A stretch of 64,000 nucleotides of DNA. Origin: Myxococcota bacterium. Lineage in GTDB: Bacteria; Myxococcota_A; UBA796; JAJRTE01; JBJTQF01. Positions 54,765 to 64,000 of the stretch are shown in pieces; the stretch's first letter is position 1, and every line of letters starts with the position of its first letter. The notes beneath the pieces are model-generated. The model ran no database searches, had not been told where the DNA came from, and saw only the letters and a program-made list of their open reading frames with translations. The DNA is taken from the NCBI GenBank assembly GCA_046075485.1, contig JBJTQF010000153.1:1722-65721 (forward strand), read 5' to 3'. Made by a program: the position numbers and the translations under genes.

Positions 54765-56797
54765 TGTTTCTCCTTAAAGCTCCAGACCTTCTTGACGCTG
54801 CCGCCTGAAGGCACCTCCAGCGTGAAGGCATATTCTTCGCCCGAGCTGGCCTTGAGCTTCACAGCATATCGACCCGCCGGAAGTTTTCCTCGATAGGGCG
54901 CGTCATATTGCTGACCGTTTAGCGTGATCTCAGACCAAGGATCTGAGTTGATAAAAACTGTTCCGGGGCTCACTTCCGGCTTGGCAGGCTCAGCGGGTGC
55001 AGGGGACACCTCCACCGCTCGAGTGGCCACCGCCGCTTCTCGCGGACGCGCAGAGGATTTGTTGCCAGCAGGCTTTTTCGGCGACTCCTGACGAGCAGGC
55101 TCGAGCTTAACCGGAGCGGCTGTCGGGGCGGAGTCCACCACCGTCGAGACCGTCTGGGCTCCAACTTCCGCCATTGCAGGAGCCTGAGCCACTGCGACTT
55201 CCGGTGAGACACTGGTTTTGGCCTCCGCGCCTGCGTTCTCTCCCACCGCTGGGGTCATCAGAGCCGCTGCCGAGGGCGTGGTGTCGCTCGAGCTGGCCTG
55301 CTCTTCGGCTCCAGAGGTCAACAGCCAGATGACGCCCGCTGCCACCACAATTCCCACCAGGCCCACACCCGTTAACACGCCTCCTGCGGCAGATGCCACC
55401 AGATGCCGCCGGGTATAACCGGTGGAGCGCACATCTTGGGCGTCCGAAGCCCCCCCTCGGACAGGCGCTGGTGGCTCGATGCTGCGCAACGCAGACACAT
55501 CCGATTCAGGCCGCTGAGCTGGAGCGGCTTCAGCACCGGACACCTTCGCGGCGGACGCCGCTTCATCGGACCCCGCAGGACGGCCATTCAGCCGAGCGGC
55601 ACCGGCTGGCACGGCACTGGCTCTTACCTTTTCAAAAGCCCCGGCAGCAGAACCTGGAGGCGTCTGGGCATCACCGCGCAGAGAAGCGGCCACTGCCGCC
55701 GCATCTCCCGTCAACGGATTGAGGGCGGCACTGGGCAGCTCGATGGTCGAACCACGCTCGATGCCCTCCCCTTCTAAGACAAAAGAAGGCTGAGCAGCCT
55801 GAATACCCGAGGCACGAACCGGCTTAAACTGAGGCACGGAGGCCAGGGTTTTGACCTCTCGACCGCGTGGGCCGCCTTGAGTCAGCTCTTGCAGGAATTC
55901 TGACAGCTCCAGCGCACTGGCATGAAACTTCAGCGGACGCAGCTCGTACATGAGCGCACGCGCATCTGGGTAACGTTTCTCAGGGTAAAAGTCGAGCAAG
56001 CGGCTCACAATGGGCACGAGCTCCGGAAAACAGGCGCTGAGACGCTCTCTGGCTGGACCCGCCAACCCCGTCTGCATCGAGGCCGCCAGCTTAAAGAGGT
56101 TGGAGTCGTCGTAGAGGCGCTGAAGGGTGGCCAGCTCGTAGAGGACCAACCCGAAGCTGTACAGGTCGGAGGCAGGCTTGAGATCCGGCTCGCCCGAGAG
56201 CTGTTCCGGTGACATATACGACAGGGTGCCCTTCACCGAGCCGTGTTGGGTGGTCTTGTAGGCATTCGTGGAGGCCCGCGCAATGCCAAAATCCATCAGC
56301 TTTACTTGGCCTTGCCGCGAAATCATGATATTCGATGGCTTGATGTCACGATGGACAAGCTGAAGGGGCTCACCCAGGTCATTGCGGGCCGTATGGGCAT
56401 AATCCAGCCCCGCGCAGACCTCCATTGCAATGTAGCTCACCAGTCCTGCCGGAAGATAGATGCCCGCTGCGGCTGCCCGATCCATCACGGTCTCTAGGGT
56501 CATGCCGTCGATGAACTCCATCGCCAGACAATAGGAGCGGTCGATCAGCTCAAACTCCAGCACCTGCACCAAGTTCTGATGGGAGAGCTGGGAGACCAAG
56601 CGCGCTTCGTTGATGAGCCCTCGGATCAACATCTCGTCTTCGGCCTTCTGAGCGGAGATGCGCTTGATGGCCACCTTCTTCTCAAATCCAGCAGCACCGG
56701 TTCGACGCGCGAGAAAAACTTCCGCCATGCCACCGGCACCTAGCCGTCCGAGGATCTCATATTTGCCGATGTGTTGTGGTGTCTCCACGGGATGCAT
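54749..56797 (-). CDS. Ser/Thr protein kinase with TM segment and C-terminal PEGA-like domain
   Basis: Kinase motifs GAGGMAEVF, HRDIKPSNIM, DFG and SPE. Low-complexity Ala/Pro/Ser region. TM helix GVLTGVGLVGIVVAAGVIWLL. C-terminal VFINSDPWSEITLNGQQYDAPYRGKLPAGRYAVKL. Confidence 0.9.
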   Translation of the reverse strand: MHPVETPQHIGKYEILGRLGAGGMAEVFLARRTGAAGFEKKVAIKRISAQKAEDEMLIRGLINEARLVSQLSHQNLVQVLEFELIDRSYCLAMEFIDGMTLETVMDRAAAAGIYLPAGLVSYIAMEVCAGLDYAHTARNDLGEPLQLVHRDIKPSNIMISRQGQVKLMDFGIARASTNAYKTTQHGSVKGTLSYMSPEQLSGEPDLKPASDLYSFGLVLYELATLQRLYDDSNLFKLAASMQTGLAGPARERLSACFPELVPIVSRLLDFYPEKRYPDARALMYELRPLKFHASALELSEFLQELTQGGPRGREVKTLASVPQFKPVRASGIQAAQPSFVLEGEGIERGSTIELPSAALNPLTGDAAAVAASLRGDAQTPPGSAAGAFEKVRASAVPAGAARLNGRPAGSDEAASAAKVSGAEAAPAQRPESDVSALRSIEPPAPVRGGASDAQDVRSTGYTRRHLVASAAGGVLTGVGLVGIVVAAGVIWLLTSGAEEQASSSDTTPSAAALMTPAVGENAGAEAKTSVSPEVAVAQAPAMAEVGAQTVSTVVDSAPTAAPVKLEPARQESPKKPAGNKSSARPREAAVATRAVEVSPAPAEPAKPEVSPGTVFINSDPWSEITLNGQQYDAPYRGKLPAGRYAVKLKASSGEEYAFTLEVPSGGSVKKVWSFKEKQWLGQ

Positions 56798-56944
56798 TCC
56801 TAATACGTGGGGGAAAGTGGCTCAGGTCTCTTGATTGAGCACACCGAGGCATCCGGGCGCATCTTATGAGCGGATGTGGGTGATGGGATTGACGCCAGAC
56901 TCAGCCCATTCTTCGGCACATTTTGGCTGCATCACTCGCCAATG

Positions 56945-58348
56945 TCAATGTCCTGACGCATCCGACCCCACGGGGGAGAGCAGGCGCTCCAAGAGATCGG
57001 GATAGAGCTGCTGTCCCAGGGGCTCTTCCCAGACAAAGTCGATGGTGCGCACGTCTTTAAAGGGATTAAAACCAGGGGCGAGCAGGTGGGCAAAACGATC
57101 CACGTAAAGGAGCTGTTTCAGCAACAAAATCAATGCTTTTGGTAGACGAAGGTTGTGACGAGCGCCCAGCTCAATCACCGACTGAAGAATACGCCCAAAG
57201 TTCATGTCCCCCACTTTACTGCGCATGATGGGACGTAAGGTCTTCTCGAGATCCACGGCAAACGCATCGGCCTGCGCCGGGGGCAGCTTTTCAAGGGCCA
57301 GGAGCGCTTCGGCCATGCCCCTAAAGTTACGCTTGGCCATCGCCACAAAAAGCCACGCAATCTGCTTGCGCTCTTCTTGATTCAGGCGACCCATCAAACC
57401 AAAATCCATCAACACCACTCGGTCGCCCTCCGCCAAGCGCAAATTGCCCGCATGCAGATCGCCATGAAACAGCCCATGAAACATCACCGAGCGTAAAGTT
57501 GCCCGCATCAGCCGCAACAGACACTCCTCGGCGTTGATGCCCGCTGTTTTGACGGCGCGCTTGTCGTCGGCTCGAATGCCCTCCAGCCGCTCCATCACCA
57601 AGACCTGCTGCGTACAAAACTCTGGATATACCTCGGGAATATCGATCTGGAACTCAAACCCTTCGAGCAAGATCTCACGATAACGGGCCATGCTGCGGGC
57701 CTCGAGGCTCAGATCCAGCTCTTCCAAGAGGGTGCGGGAGAAGTCTTCGACGACCCCCAGCGGATTTGCCATGCGAGAGGTCTTGTGGAAACGCTCGAGC
57801 AGGCGGGCAAAGGCCAGCATGTTGCCAATATCACGCTGAATCTGAGGGCGGATATTGGGCCGCAGGATCTTCAGCACCACCCGACGACCATCCACCAGCT
57901 CTGCTGCATGCACCTGGGCCATCGATGCGGTGGCCAGCGGGAGCTCGTCGAGCCGCTTAAATTGGCTCAGCTTGTCTCCCAGCTCGCGCTGAAGAATGCC
58001 CCGGATCACCTCAAAGGAGAGGGGTGGCATCCGATCCAGGCAAGCCTGAAACTCATCGGCAACGGCACGCGGGAAGATGCCAGGGCTGGAGGCAATGAGC
58101 TGTCCAAACTTAATAAAGGTCGGGCCGAGGGCTTCAAAAGAATGGCGAAGTCGGCGCGGTAAGGTCGCCCGCTGCCGTTTAAGCCGGTCGAACAGGAAAT
58201 GAGCCCCGTTTTTACCAAAAACCAGGGCGGCTTCGGCCATCCGAAACATCGATGGCCGGAAATGATGGGGCTGAAACGCCATCGGGAGCAGCTCCGCAGG
58301 CAGCGGAAGGTGCGCGTCAGAGCTCGGAGGCATGTCGGATGGATGCAT
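56945..58348 (-). CDS. ABC1/UbiB-family atypical kinase
   Basis: ABC1 motifs LGPTFIKFGQLIASSPGIFP, ASMAQVHAA, VLKILRP and HGDLHAGNL...DFG. Confidence 0.88.
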   Translation of the reverse strand: MHPSDMPPSSDAHLPLPAELLPMAFQPHHFRPSMFRMAEAALVFGKNGAHFLFDRLKRQRATLPRRLRHSFEALGPTFIKFGQLIASSPGIFPRAVADEFQACLDRMPPLSFEVIRGILQRELGDKLSQFKRLDELPLATASMAQVHAAELVDGRRVVLKILRPNIRPQIQRDIGNMLAFARLLERFHKTSRMANPLGVVEDFSRTLLEELDLSLEARSMARYREILLEGFEFQIDIPEVYPEFCTQQVLVMERLEGIRADDKRAVKTAGINAEECLLRLMRATLRSVMFHGLFHGDLHAGNLRLAEGDRVVLMDFGLMGRLNQEERKQIAWLFVAMAKRNFRGMAEALLALEKLPPAQADAFAVDLEKTLRPIMRSKVGDMNFGRILQSVIELGARHNLRLPKALILLLKQLLYVDRFAHLLAPGFNPFKDVRTIDFVWEEPLGQQLYPDLLERLLSPVGSDASGH

Positions 58349-58447
58349 GAACCAGCCTTTTTGTGGATGGGCAACTCGTGGGAGCGGTCAGGCCGCTTTT
58401 TGGCAATCGTCAGGTTGGATCGGCGTGTGTGGGCAGCGCTCGTGAGA

Positions 58448-60640
58448 CTAACGAATGGGACGATTTCCAGCCTGCTGCGGCGGATTCAAACGAATCATGC
58501 CACCCTCCGCCGGAACACCATCCTGAGCGCGGAACCACTGCCAGATCCGTCCCCAGTTTACCTGAACCTGCTCCAATCGTTCAAACCCCATCTGCGATTT
58601 TGCTTCGGTCAGGTCCAGTACCACGGTGCGGTCGTTGGTCCAGCTCCCCAAGCCCCCCTTTAACCGTTCCGGGCCAATCTGCACGCCGTCCAGGGTCAGG
58701 TCCACCCGCTCCTGCAACATCGGACGACTGAAGGCCACCACCAAACGAGACCCCTCCAGCCACAGATCCACCGTGGGCCGCTCAAAGGTCTGCGCTTGAA
58801 GTGCGGTCACAAAGGTAGCCCACGAACGCTCCAGGCTCTTCACTTTCCCCCCCGATGCCACCGTCAAGAAGCTGCTCAGCACCGGCCCCACGGTATGACG
58901 CGGAATGGCGTAACCTTGAGCATTCCGCCGAAACGGATTTGCCGCCAACATCTGCCAGAGCTGCAAAAATCCAGGCACGCCCAGGCCCTGCTCTTCAATC
59001 AGCGCCCGCACATAAGCCCCCGCCAACAATCCAGCTTCCACCCGGCGCGGATGTAAGGAGGTCGAAAGGTTGAGTGCTTCTGCTCGATCCGGCAGCCGCT
59101 CCCAGAAGTCTTCCAGACCAAAACGATGGGCCAGCTCCACCTGCGCAGAAAATGAGAGGAAGTTCGACATGGCTTCGGGACGGCCTCCCACCGCTGCTTG
59201 CTCCGGGCGAGTCGTCAGATAATGACCAAACCCCTCCTCCAGAAAACGAAGGCCCTTCTCTTCGCGGCTCAGCGCATGGTCCCCCTGACGGCTGGTGTTG
59301 GCCAAACAAAGACGCCCCAGCCACGCAAAAAGCTGGCTGTCAAATCCGTCGGCTTTGTAAAAATCAGGCTCGTCGCTTCGCACGTAAATATAAGGACGAA
59401 GGGGATCCACCCACATCGAGCCCTCGCTGCGCAGCTCCGAAAATGGAATGCGCACCACCCGGACTTGAGCAGGACAGGTCTCCGGCATCAGCCGACTCAC
59501 CAGCTTGTATAATAAGGGATAGTCGATCAGCTCTCCGCCCGAGACCAAATATAGAGAGGAAGGCACTCGCCCCGACGGAATCGGCTCAAGGGCCGCCAGA
59601 TCCAGCTCGGTGGGCTCCAGCATGGAGACAGAGGGCTCCGCAGCGGAAGTGGCTGGCTCGGTCATCGCAACAGTCGGCTCAGGCAGCTTCACCGGCTCAG
59701 GCAGCTTCACCGGCTCAGGGAACTTCAGCGGCTCGGAGATCGGCGGCAAAACCCGCACGGACATGTCGTTTGATGCCACCACCACCGGATCAGATTGCCC
59801 CGAGGAGGAGGCATCAACGGCTGAATCAGAAGCCCCCGGCAAATCGGAGGGGGCTGCTGGCTGCAACTCCCCCTCTGAGACCCCCTCTGAGACCCGCTCT
59901 GAGACCTGCTCTGAGACCCGCTCTGAGTCCCCCTCTGAGACCCGCTCCAGCGGACGCGATACCGCTGAGTCCTCACGAGCTGGTAAAGATGACAACATCG
60001 GATCAAGGACAGCCGACGCCTCAGCCGCGACGTCTTCAGGCGGAATCGCACCCGGTGAGGGCGAACGGTAACGGGTTCTCGCACGCGCGGACGCAGGGGC
60101 AGGCGTGAGCGCAGGGGCAGGCAGGCTCGACGGCTCGGAGGATACCAGCGGGGCCGGATAGGGCGAAGCAGGCAGGCTCGACGAAACAACGGCGGACGGC
60201 TCAACACGCTCAACGGCGGAGGTCTCGGGCTGCGAAGCGGGTGCCAGAGGTGCGACGGAAGAAACAGAGGCCGTGGGTTCTTCGGAAGGCGCGGGACGCA
60301 CAAGGGCCTGCTTTTGGGCGGCTTCTTCTGCTCGACGGGTCTCCAACACTTCGACCAGCGCTTCAACTTCTGCCGGATCCAGGGCCTCGAGACGAGCCAG
60401 CAGCTCCGGGGAAAAACCACGCAGGGTTGAGGTGCCTTCGGGGAGTCGTTCCGGAGTGCGGGGAACGGTTCCGGGAGAGGCGGAGCTGAGCACAGGAGCA
60501 GCGCCGTCTAAGGTGACACAAGCCACACTCAGACTGGTAGAAAGAGCCAGCAACAAGAGTGTTAGGCGCCATGCACTGCGCGAAAACGTGTTCTGTAACG
60601 GAGACTGCTGAGGGTTCCGCATCCGATCTGCTGCCGCCAT
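58448..60640 (-). CDS. Hypothetical lipoprotein/secreted protein with two short-period repeat blocks (730 aa)
   Basis: Signal plus possible lipobox LALSTSLSVAC. Ser/Pro/Ala-rich region with (SERVSE)n and (KLPEPV)n repeats. A roughly 400-aa C-terminal globular part with no motif I recognise. Confidence 0.65.
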   Translation of the reverse strand: MAAADRMRNPQQSPLQNTFSRSAWRLTLLLLALSTSLSVACVTLDGAAPVLSSASPGTVPRTPERLPEGTSTLRGFSPELLARLEALDPAEVEALVEVLETRRAEEAAQKQALVRPAPSEEPTASVSSVAPLAPASQPETSAVERVEPSAVVSSSLPASPYPAPLVSSEPSSLPAPALTPAPASARARTRYRSPSPGAIPPEDVAAEASAVLDPMLSSLPAREDSAVSRPLERVSEGDSERVSEQVSERVSEGVSEGELQPAAPSDLPGASDSAVDASSSGQSDPVVVASNDMSVRVLPPISEPLKFPEPVKLPEPVKLPEPTVAMTEPATSAAEPSVSMLEPTELDLAALEPIPSGRVPSSLYLVSGGELIDYPLLYKLVSRLMPETCPAQVRVVRIPFSELRSEGSMWVDPLRPYIYVRSDEPDFYKADGFDSQLFAWLGRLCLANTSRQGDHALSREEKGLRFLEEGFGHYLTTRPEQAAVGGRPEAMSNFLSFSAQVELAHRFGLEDFWERLPDRAEALNLSTSLHPRRVEAGLLAGAYVRALIEEQGLGVPGFLQLWQMLAANPFRRNAQGYAIPRHTVGPVLSSFLTVASGGKVKSLERSWATFVTALQAQTFERPTVDLWLEGSRLVVAFSRPMLQERVDLTLDGVQIGPERLKGGLGSWTNDRTVVLDLTEAKSQMGFERLEQVQVNWGRIWQWFRAQDGVPAEGGMIRLNPPQQAGNRPIR
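59676..59747. repeat. 18-bp tandem repeat GGCTCAGGCAGCTTCACC, about 4 copies (the last two degenerate)
   Basis: It encodes the KFPEPVKLPEPVKLPEP segment of the 58448 ORF on the minus strand. Confidence 0.85.
59869..59940. repeat. 12-bp tandem repeat CC(C/T)(C/G)CTCTGAGA x 6
   Basis: It encodes ERVSEGDSERVSEQVSERVSEGVSEGE on the minus strand. Confidence 0.85.
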
Positions 60641-60983
60641 GCCACCACCTCTTCCGCAACGGGCTATCTTTCAGGGATCATCGCTGCTCTACATATAGAT
60701 GATTCTCTTGCAGATGCCAAGTGTTACGCCTTTCACAGCGACGTGTCCTATCATTTGGAGAATGTGTAGAACACGCGGGCAAAAGGCATACTGGCGCGCC
60801 CATTCCCACTCTGAACGGAAAATCGGCGTGTCCTGACGCGCCTGTCAGGGCCTACGACGCTGGATCTGTTGCAACAACATTGACATTCCCTTCCAACCTC
60901 CGCATCCTTCAAGCGACAGTGTTGTCAGCCAAGCCTGTCATTGGTGTCAGTTCATGGACCCCCAACCGTGGAGAAGTCTTTCC

Positions 60984-63900
60984 ATGTCCAGTCGCCCCTT
61001 GCCGCTCCCCGCCTCCCCCCTACACTGGATTGTGCCGGTCTCACTCCTGCTCGCCGCGTGCGCTGGTCAGGCCGATGAAGACCAGGACGGATACCAAGTC
61101 CGCGAAGGAGACTGCGACGACCAAGATGCCACCGTCCACCCCAACGCAGAAGAGCTGTGTGATGGACAGGATCAAGACTGCAATGGTCTGATCGATGAAG
61201 CGGCTTCCGCACAAGATGCCGACGGTGACGGCTATTTTACCGTGCTGACCTCCGATTGTGCCTCCCCTCAATACCGCGATGCACGTCAGGGTGACTGTGA
61301 TGATGCCAACAGCACCACTTATCCTGCGGCACCGGATGCAGAGGGAGATGGCATCGACTCCGACTGCGGTGGCCACGATGAGGCCGATCCCAATGTCGGT
61401 TTTGAGGGTCAGCTCAGCCTCGAACAGGCCCTCAACAACGCCAAAGATGGCACAACGATCTGGCTGGCTCCTCAGCGGCATGCATTCCCGGCTTGGGAAG
61501 TTCAAGGCAAAAAGCTCCACCTGCGTGGCGTCGCCGCGCCCGAAGAAACCGTGCTGGCTGGCACTCAGAGCACCGGCCTCCAAGTGCTTGGCTCGGCCTC
61601 CAATGCCACCGATGAGAATGTGACGCTCACCTCGCTGAGCCTGTCCGACCTCACCGTGACCTCTTCCAGCGCCAGCATCACCGCCGCCATCGAAGTCGAA
61701 GGTGCCAGCCTCGTTCTCGAGCGGGTCGCGCTGGTGGACAGCCTCGGGCTCGATGGAGGTGCCATCCGCCTCCAAAATGCTCGGGCCAGCCTGCAACAGG
61801 TTCTATTTGAAGGGAATGTGTCCACCGCTCGCGGGGGTGCCTTGTATGGTCTCAACAGTGAGATTTCGTTAACGGATGTGCAGTTTCGCTACAATCAAGC
61901 CCTGGGCGAAACCCTGGCGGAAGGGGGAGCGCTGGCCCTGGAAGGAGGACGGCTGGTCGCTCAACGGCTCTCGCTGACCGAAAACAGCGCAAAAGAAGCA
62001 GGTGGAGCGATCAGCCTTCGCGCCGTGGATGCCCAGCTCCGCCAGGTGGTGCTGCACGCCAATCATACCGGGTCGGAAGGAGGCGGACTGCGTGTCCTCG
62101 ATCCCGTCTCGTTTGTGCTGGATCAAGCCACGGTGGTGGCCAATTCTGGGCGCTCGGGAGGGGGACTGGCCCTCTCGTTGACAGATGGAGCGACTTCCAC
62201 GGAGAGGTTTAAGGTCTCGAATAGTGTGCTGGCTTATAACGCCAGTGAAAACCTCCACCTCGCAGCCCCCGTGGAGACCCTGAAGCTCACCTGGAGCAAC
62301 CTCTTTGTGGTGGGGGGTGACTCCACTAACCTGGAAGTGCTGCCCGAGAGCATCACGGTGGCAGAGCCAGGATTTGTATACTACACAAACAACGGAGTGC
62401 CTTCCGATGATGTGCTCCTGCCATGCCCAGGCTCGGTGCTCTACAACGGCGGCGATCCCCTCCTGCTGGACTCGGACAATACACGCGCCGACATCGGTGC
62501 TTTCGGAGGTGAAGGCGCAGACCGACGTTTTTATCAAGATGTGGATCGCGATAACCTCTTTGATGGCTGGGAGCTGCTCTTTGCCACGGATCTCAACGCC
62601 CTCAAGAGCAACCAGGACAGTGACGGTGATGGGGCTTCCAACTTGGATGAGCTGAGAGCCGGCACCCTGCCGCTGATCGCTGATTCCGATGAGGATGAGG
62701 TCTCCGATGGCATCGAGCTGGATGCCAGCAGCGATCCCAATGACTGGTACAGCCGCCCCGGTGAAGCGTATCCCGTGAAGATCTCGGTCAGTCCCCTCAA
62801 CGAAGCCCTCGCGCGCGCCATCGCCCGCATCCAGTACCGTGGGCATGTGGTGCTCGATGCGGGCACGTATCAAGGACCATTTTTGGTCTTCAACCAAGAC
62901 TTGACCCTGGAGGGCTCCAGTGATGCCGGACAAGTGACACTGCTCGGGGGCAGTGGGGGCCTGTTCACCGCCACACAAAGCCGCATCAACCTCTCGGGTG
63001 TGACGTTCAGCAACGGAAAAAGTGCTCAGGGGGGCGCGCTAAAACTGCTCAATGTGAATGCGAGCCTCGAGAATGTACGCTTTCTCAACAACCAGGTGGA
63101 AGATCCCAGCGGAGCCGGTGGGGGGGCACTTTACCAAGAAAATGGCGAGCTGACGCTCAAAGATGCCCACTTTGAAGGCCAACGTTCCGCCTCCGAAGGA
63201 GGAGCGGTCTTGCTGCGAGAGGTGGAGGGCACGCTGGAGCGGGTTAATTTCCAGCAGAACCGGTCAGAAGAAGGGGGGGGAGCCCTCAAGCTCGAGAACG
63301 CCCAGGTCTTGTTGAAGGACTGCACCTTTGATGGGAACAGTGCCGGAGGGGATGGTGGTGCCGTGCTGGCCACAAATTCAGGGCTGGAGCTGCGAGATGT
63401 GCAGATACTGGGAGGCTCCGCAGGCTCAGACGCCGCTGGAGGTGGCCTTGCATTGATCAGTGGCACCCTTCAGAGCCGGAATTTGCTGCTCTCCAGCCTC
63501 AGCGCGGGTCGAGGGGGCGCACTCTACGCCAGCGGTACTCAAGGTGAGCTGCTCAACACCTGGGTGCAGCGAGCGAGCGCCGATGGAAATGGCGGAGGAC
63601 TCTACGTCGACAACAAGGCCGCCCTCAGCCTGGTCAATGCCTTGTTGCTCGAAGGAGAAGCTGGCGGGTCAGGAGGAGGGCTGTGGGTGAGCTGTGCGGA
63701 TCTCAGCCTCCAGAATGTTACGTTGGTGAGAGGGCTGGCGATGGTGGGAGGCGGGGCGTATGTGGCCTCCAGTCTGCTGCCGAGCTGCCCCAGTGTGACG
63801 TTGCGGGTGAACAACACCATCATGGTGTACAATGACGTCTATAATCTGTATACGGATGAGCCGAGGCTGGTCTCGACGCTCTATTCAGACTATTGGAACC

Positions 63901-64000
63901 CGGAGGGTCATGAGAACACCAATATTCCGAGCTTGGTTGCCACTAATTTGTCGGTGGAGCCCGGTTTTTTAAGGTATGGAGACGATCTGCTGCCGACGGA
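60984..64000 (+). CDS. Large lipoprotein (partial, runs off the window): MopE-type Cys-rich motifs, calcium-binding-like D-rich repeats, Pmp-type parallel beta-helix repeats
   Basis: Absent from the ORF track because it has no stop in the window. My manual translation from the ATG at 60984 reaches 64000 without a stop. Lipobox SLLLAAC. DGYQVREGDCDDQDATVHPNAEELCDGQDQDCNG and GDCDDANSTTYPAAPDAEGDGIDSDCGG. NQDSDGDGASNLDE. Many FxxN...GGA(L/V/I) units (VTFSNGKSAQGGAL, VRFLNN..GGGAL, AHFEGQ..EGGAV, VNFQQN..GGGAL, CTFDGN..DGGAV). Confidence 0.8.
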   Translation, partial: MSSRPLPLPASPLHWIVPVSLLLAACAGQADEDQDGYQVREGDCDDQDATVHPNAEELCDGQDQDCNGLIDEAASAQDADGDGYFTVLTSDCASPQYRDARQGDCDDANSTTYPAAPDAEGDGIDSDCGGHDEADPNVGFEGQLSLEQALNNAKDGTTIWLAPQRHAFPAWEVQGKKLHLRGVAAPEETVLAGTQSTGLQVLGSASNATDENVTLTSLSLSDLTVTSSSASITAAIEVEGASLVLERVALVDSLGLDGGAIRLQNARASLQQVLFEGNVSTARGGALYGLNSEISLTDVQFRYNQALGETLAEGGALALEGGRLVAQRLSLTENSAKEAGGAISLRAVDAQLRQVVLHANHTGSEGGGLRVLDPVSFVLDQATVVANSGRSGGGLALSLTDGATSTERFKVSNSVLAYNASENLHLAAPVETLKLTWSNLFVVGGDSTNLEVLPESITVAEPGFVYYTNNGVPSDDVLLPCPGSVLYNGGDPLLLDSDNTRADIGAFGGEGADRRFYQDVDRDNLFDGWELLFATDLNALKSNQDSDGDGASNLDELRAGTLPLIADSDEDEVSDGIELDASSDPNDWYSRPGEAYPVKISVSPLNEALARAIARIQYRGHVVLDAGTYQGPFLVFNQDLTLEGSSDAGQVTLLGGSGGLFTATQSRINLSGVTFSNGKSAQGGALKLLNVNASLENVRFLNNQVEDPSGAGGGALYQENGELTLKDAHFEGQRSASEGGAVLLREVEGTLERVNFQQNRSEEGGGALKLENAQVLLKDCTFDGNSAGGDGGAVLATNSGLELRDVQILGGSAGSDAAGGGLALISGTLQSRNLLLSSLSAGRGGALYASGTQGELLNTWVQRASADGNGGGLYVDNKAALSLVNALLLEGEAGGSGGGLWVSCADLSLQNVTLVRGLAMVGGGAYVASSLLPSCPSVTLRVNNTIMVYNDVYNLYTDEPRLVSTLYSDYWNPEGHENTNIPSLVATNLSVEPGFLRYGDDLLPT

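Noticed and set aside
1-64000. Mobile genetic element, prophage or defence island (transposase, integrase, RT, Cas, restriction enzymes, toxin-antitoxin pairs).
   Set aside because: I found no recognisable transposase, integrase, reverse transcriptase or nuclease motifs and no terminal inverted repeats. Only compositional hints exist (AT-richer stretches at 24.3-25.1, 26.1-26.6 and 38.2-40.3 kb), and these are reported as findings instead.

Overview
High-GC bacterial chromosomal window. Gene content suggests a Myxococcota/Bradymonadia-like lineage: three Hanks-type Ser/Thr kinases (two fused to STAND ATPase plus helical/TPR regions), a PP2C phosphatase, several FHA domains, MopE-type Cys-rich metal-binding motifs and many lipoproteins. 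I support about 34 protein genes. The clearest are the pbpC / thioester alpha-2-macroglobulin pair, PFK (GGDD type), bioB, a MoxR-DUF58-BatA/vWA operon, SpoIID/LytB, LysR, acyl-CoA dehydrogenase, two-subunit class I fumarase, PP2C, an RlmI-like methyltransferase, an FHA-GAF-cyclase, a GAF hybrid histidine kinase and a UbiB/ABC1 kinase. I recognised no rRNA, tRNA, CRISPR array, transposase or integrase. The ORF track misses one large gene, 60984 to the window end, because it has no stop inside the window; I translated it by hand. The most unusual items follow. (1) A secreted protein made of nine invariant (V/I)I(I/L)(T/G)PADN octapeptides, sitting in an AT-richer, ORF-poor neighbourhood (23.1-26.6 kb) full of ATGTCCG/CGGACAT motif copies and tandem repeats. 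(2) A 1529-aa secreted protein with at least 8 G-x-Y-x-(L/V) modules next to the alpha-2-macroglobulin/PBP1C pair. (3) A STAND kinase operonic with an FHA-like protein that looks like a sigma54 activator without its AAA+ core, next to an AT-richer two-gene island. (4) A B12-binding/radical-SAM-like protein lacking the CxxxCxxC triad. (5) Recurring alternating purine-pyrimidine intergenic tracts. All functional calls come from motif recognition by eye; no database searches were run.
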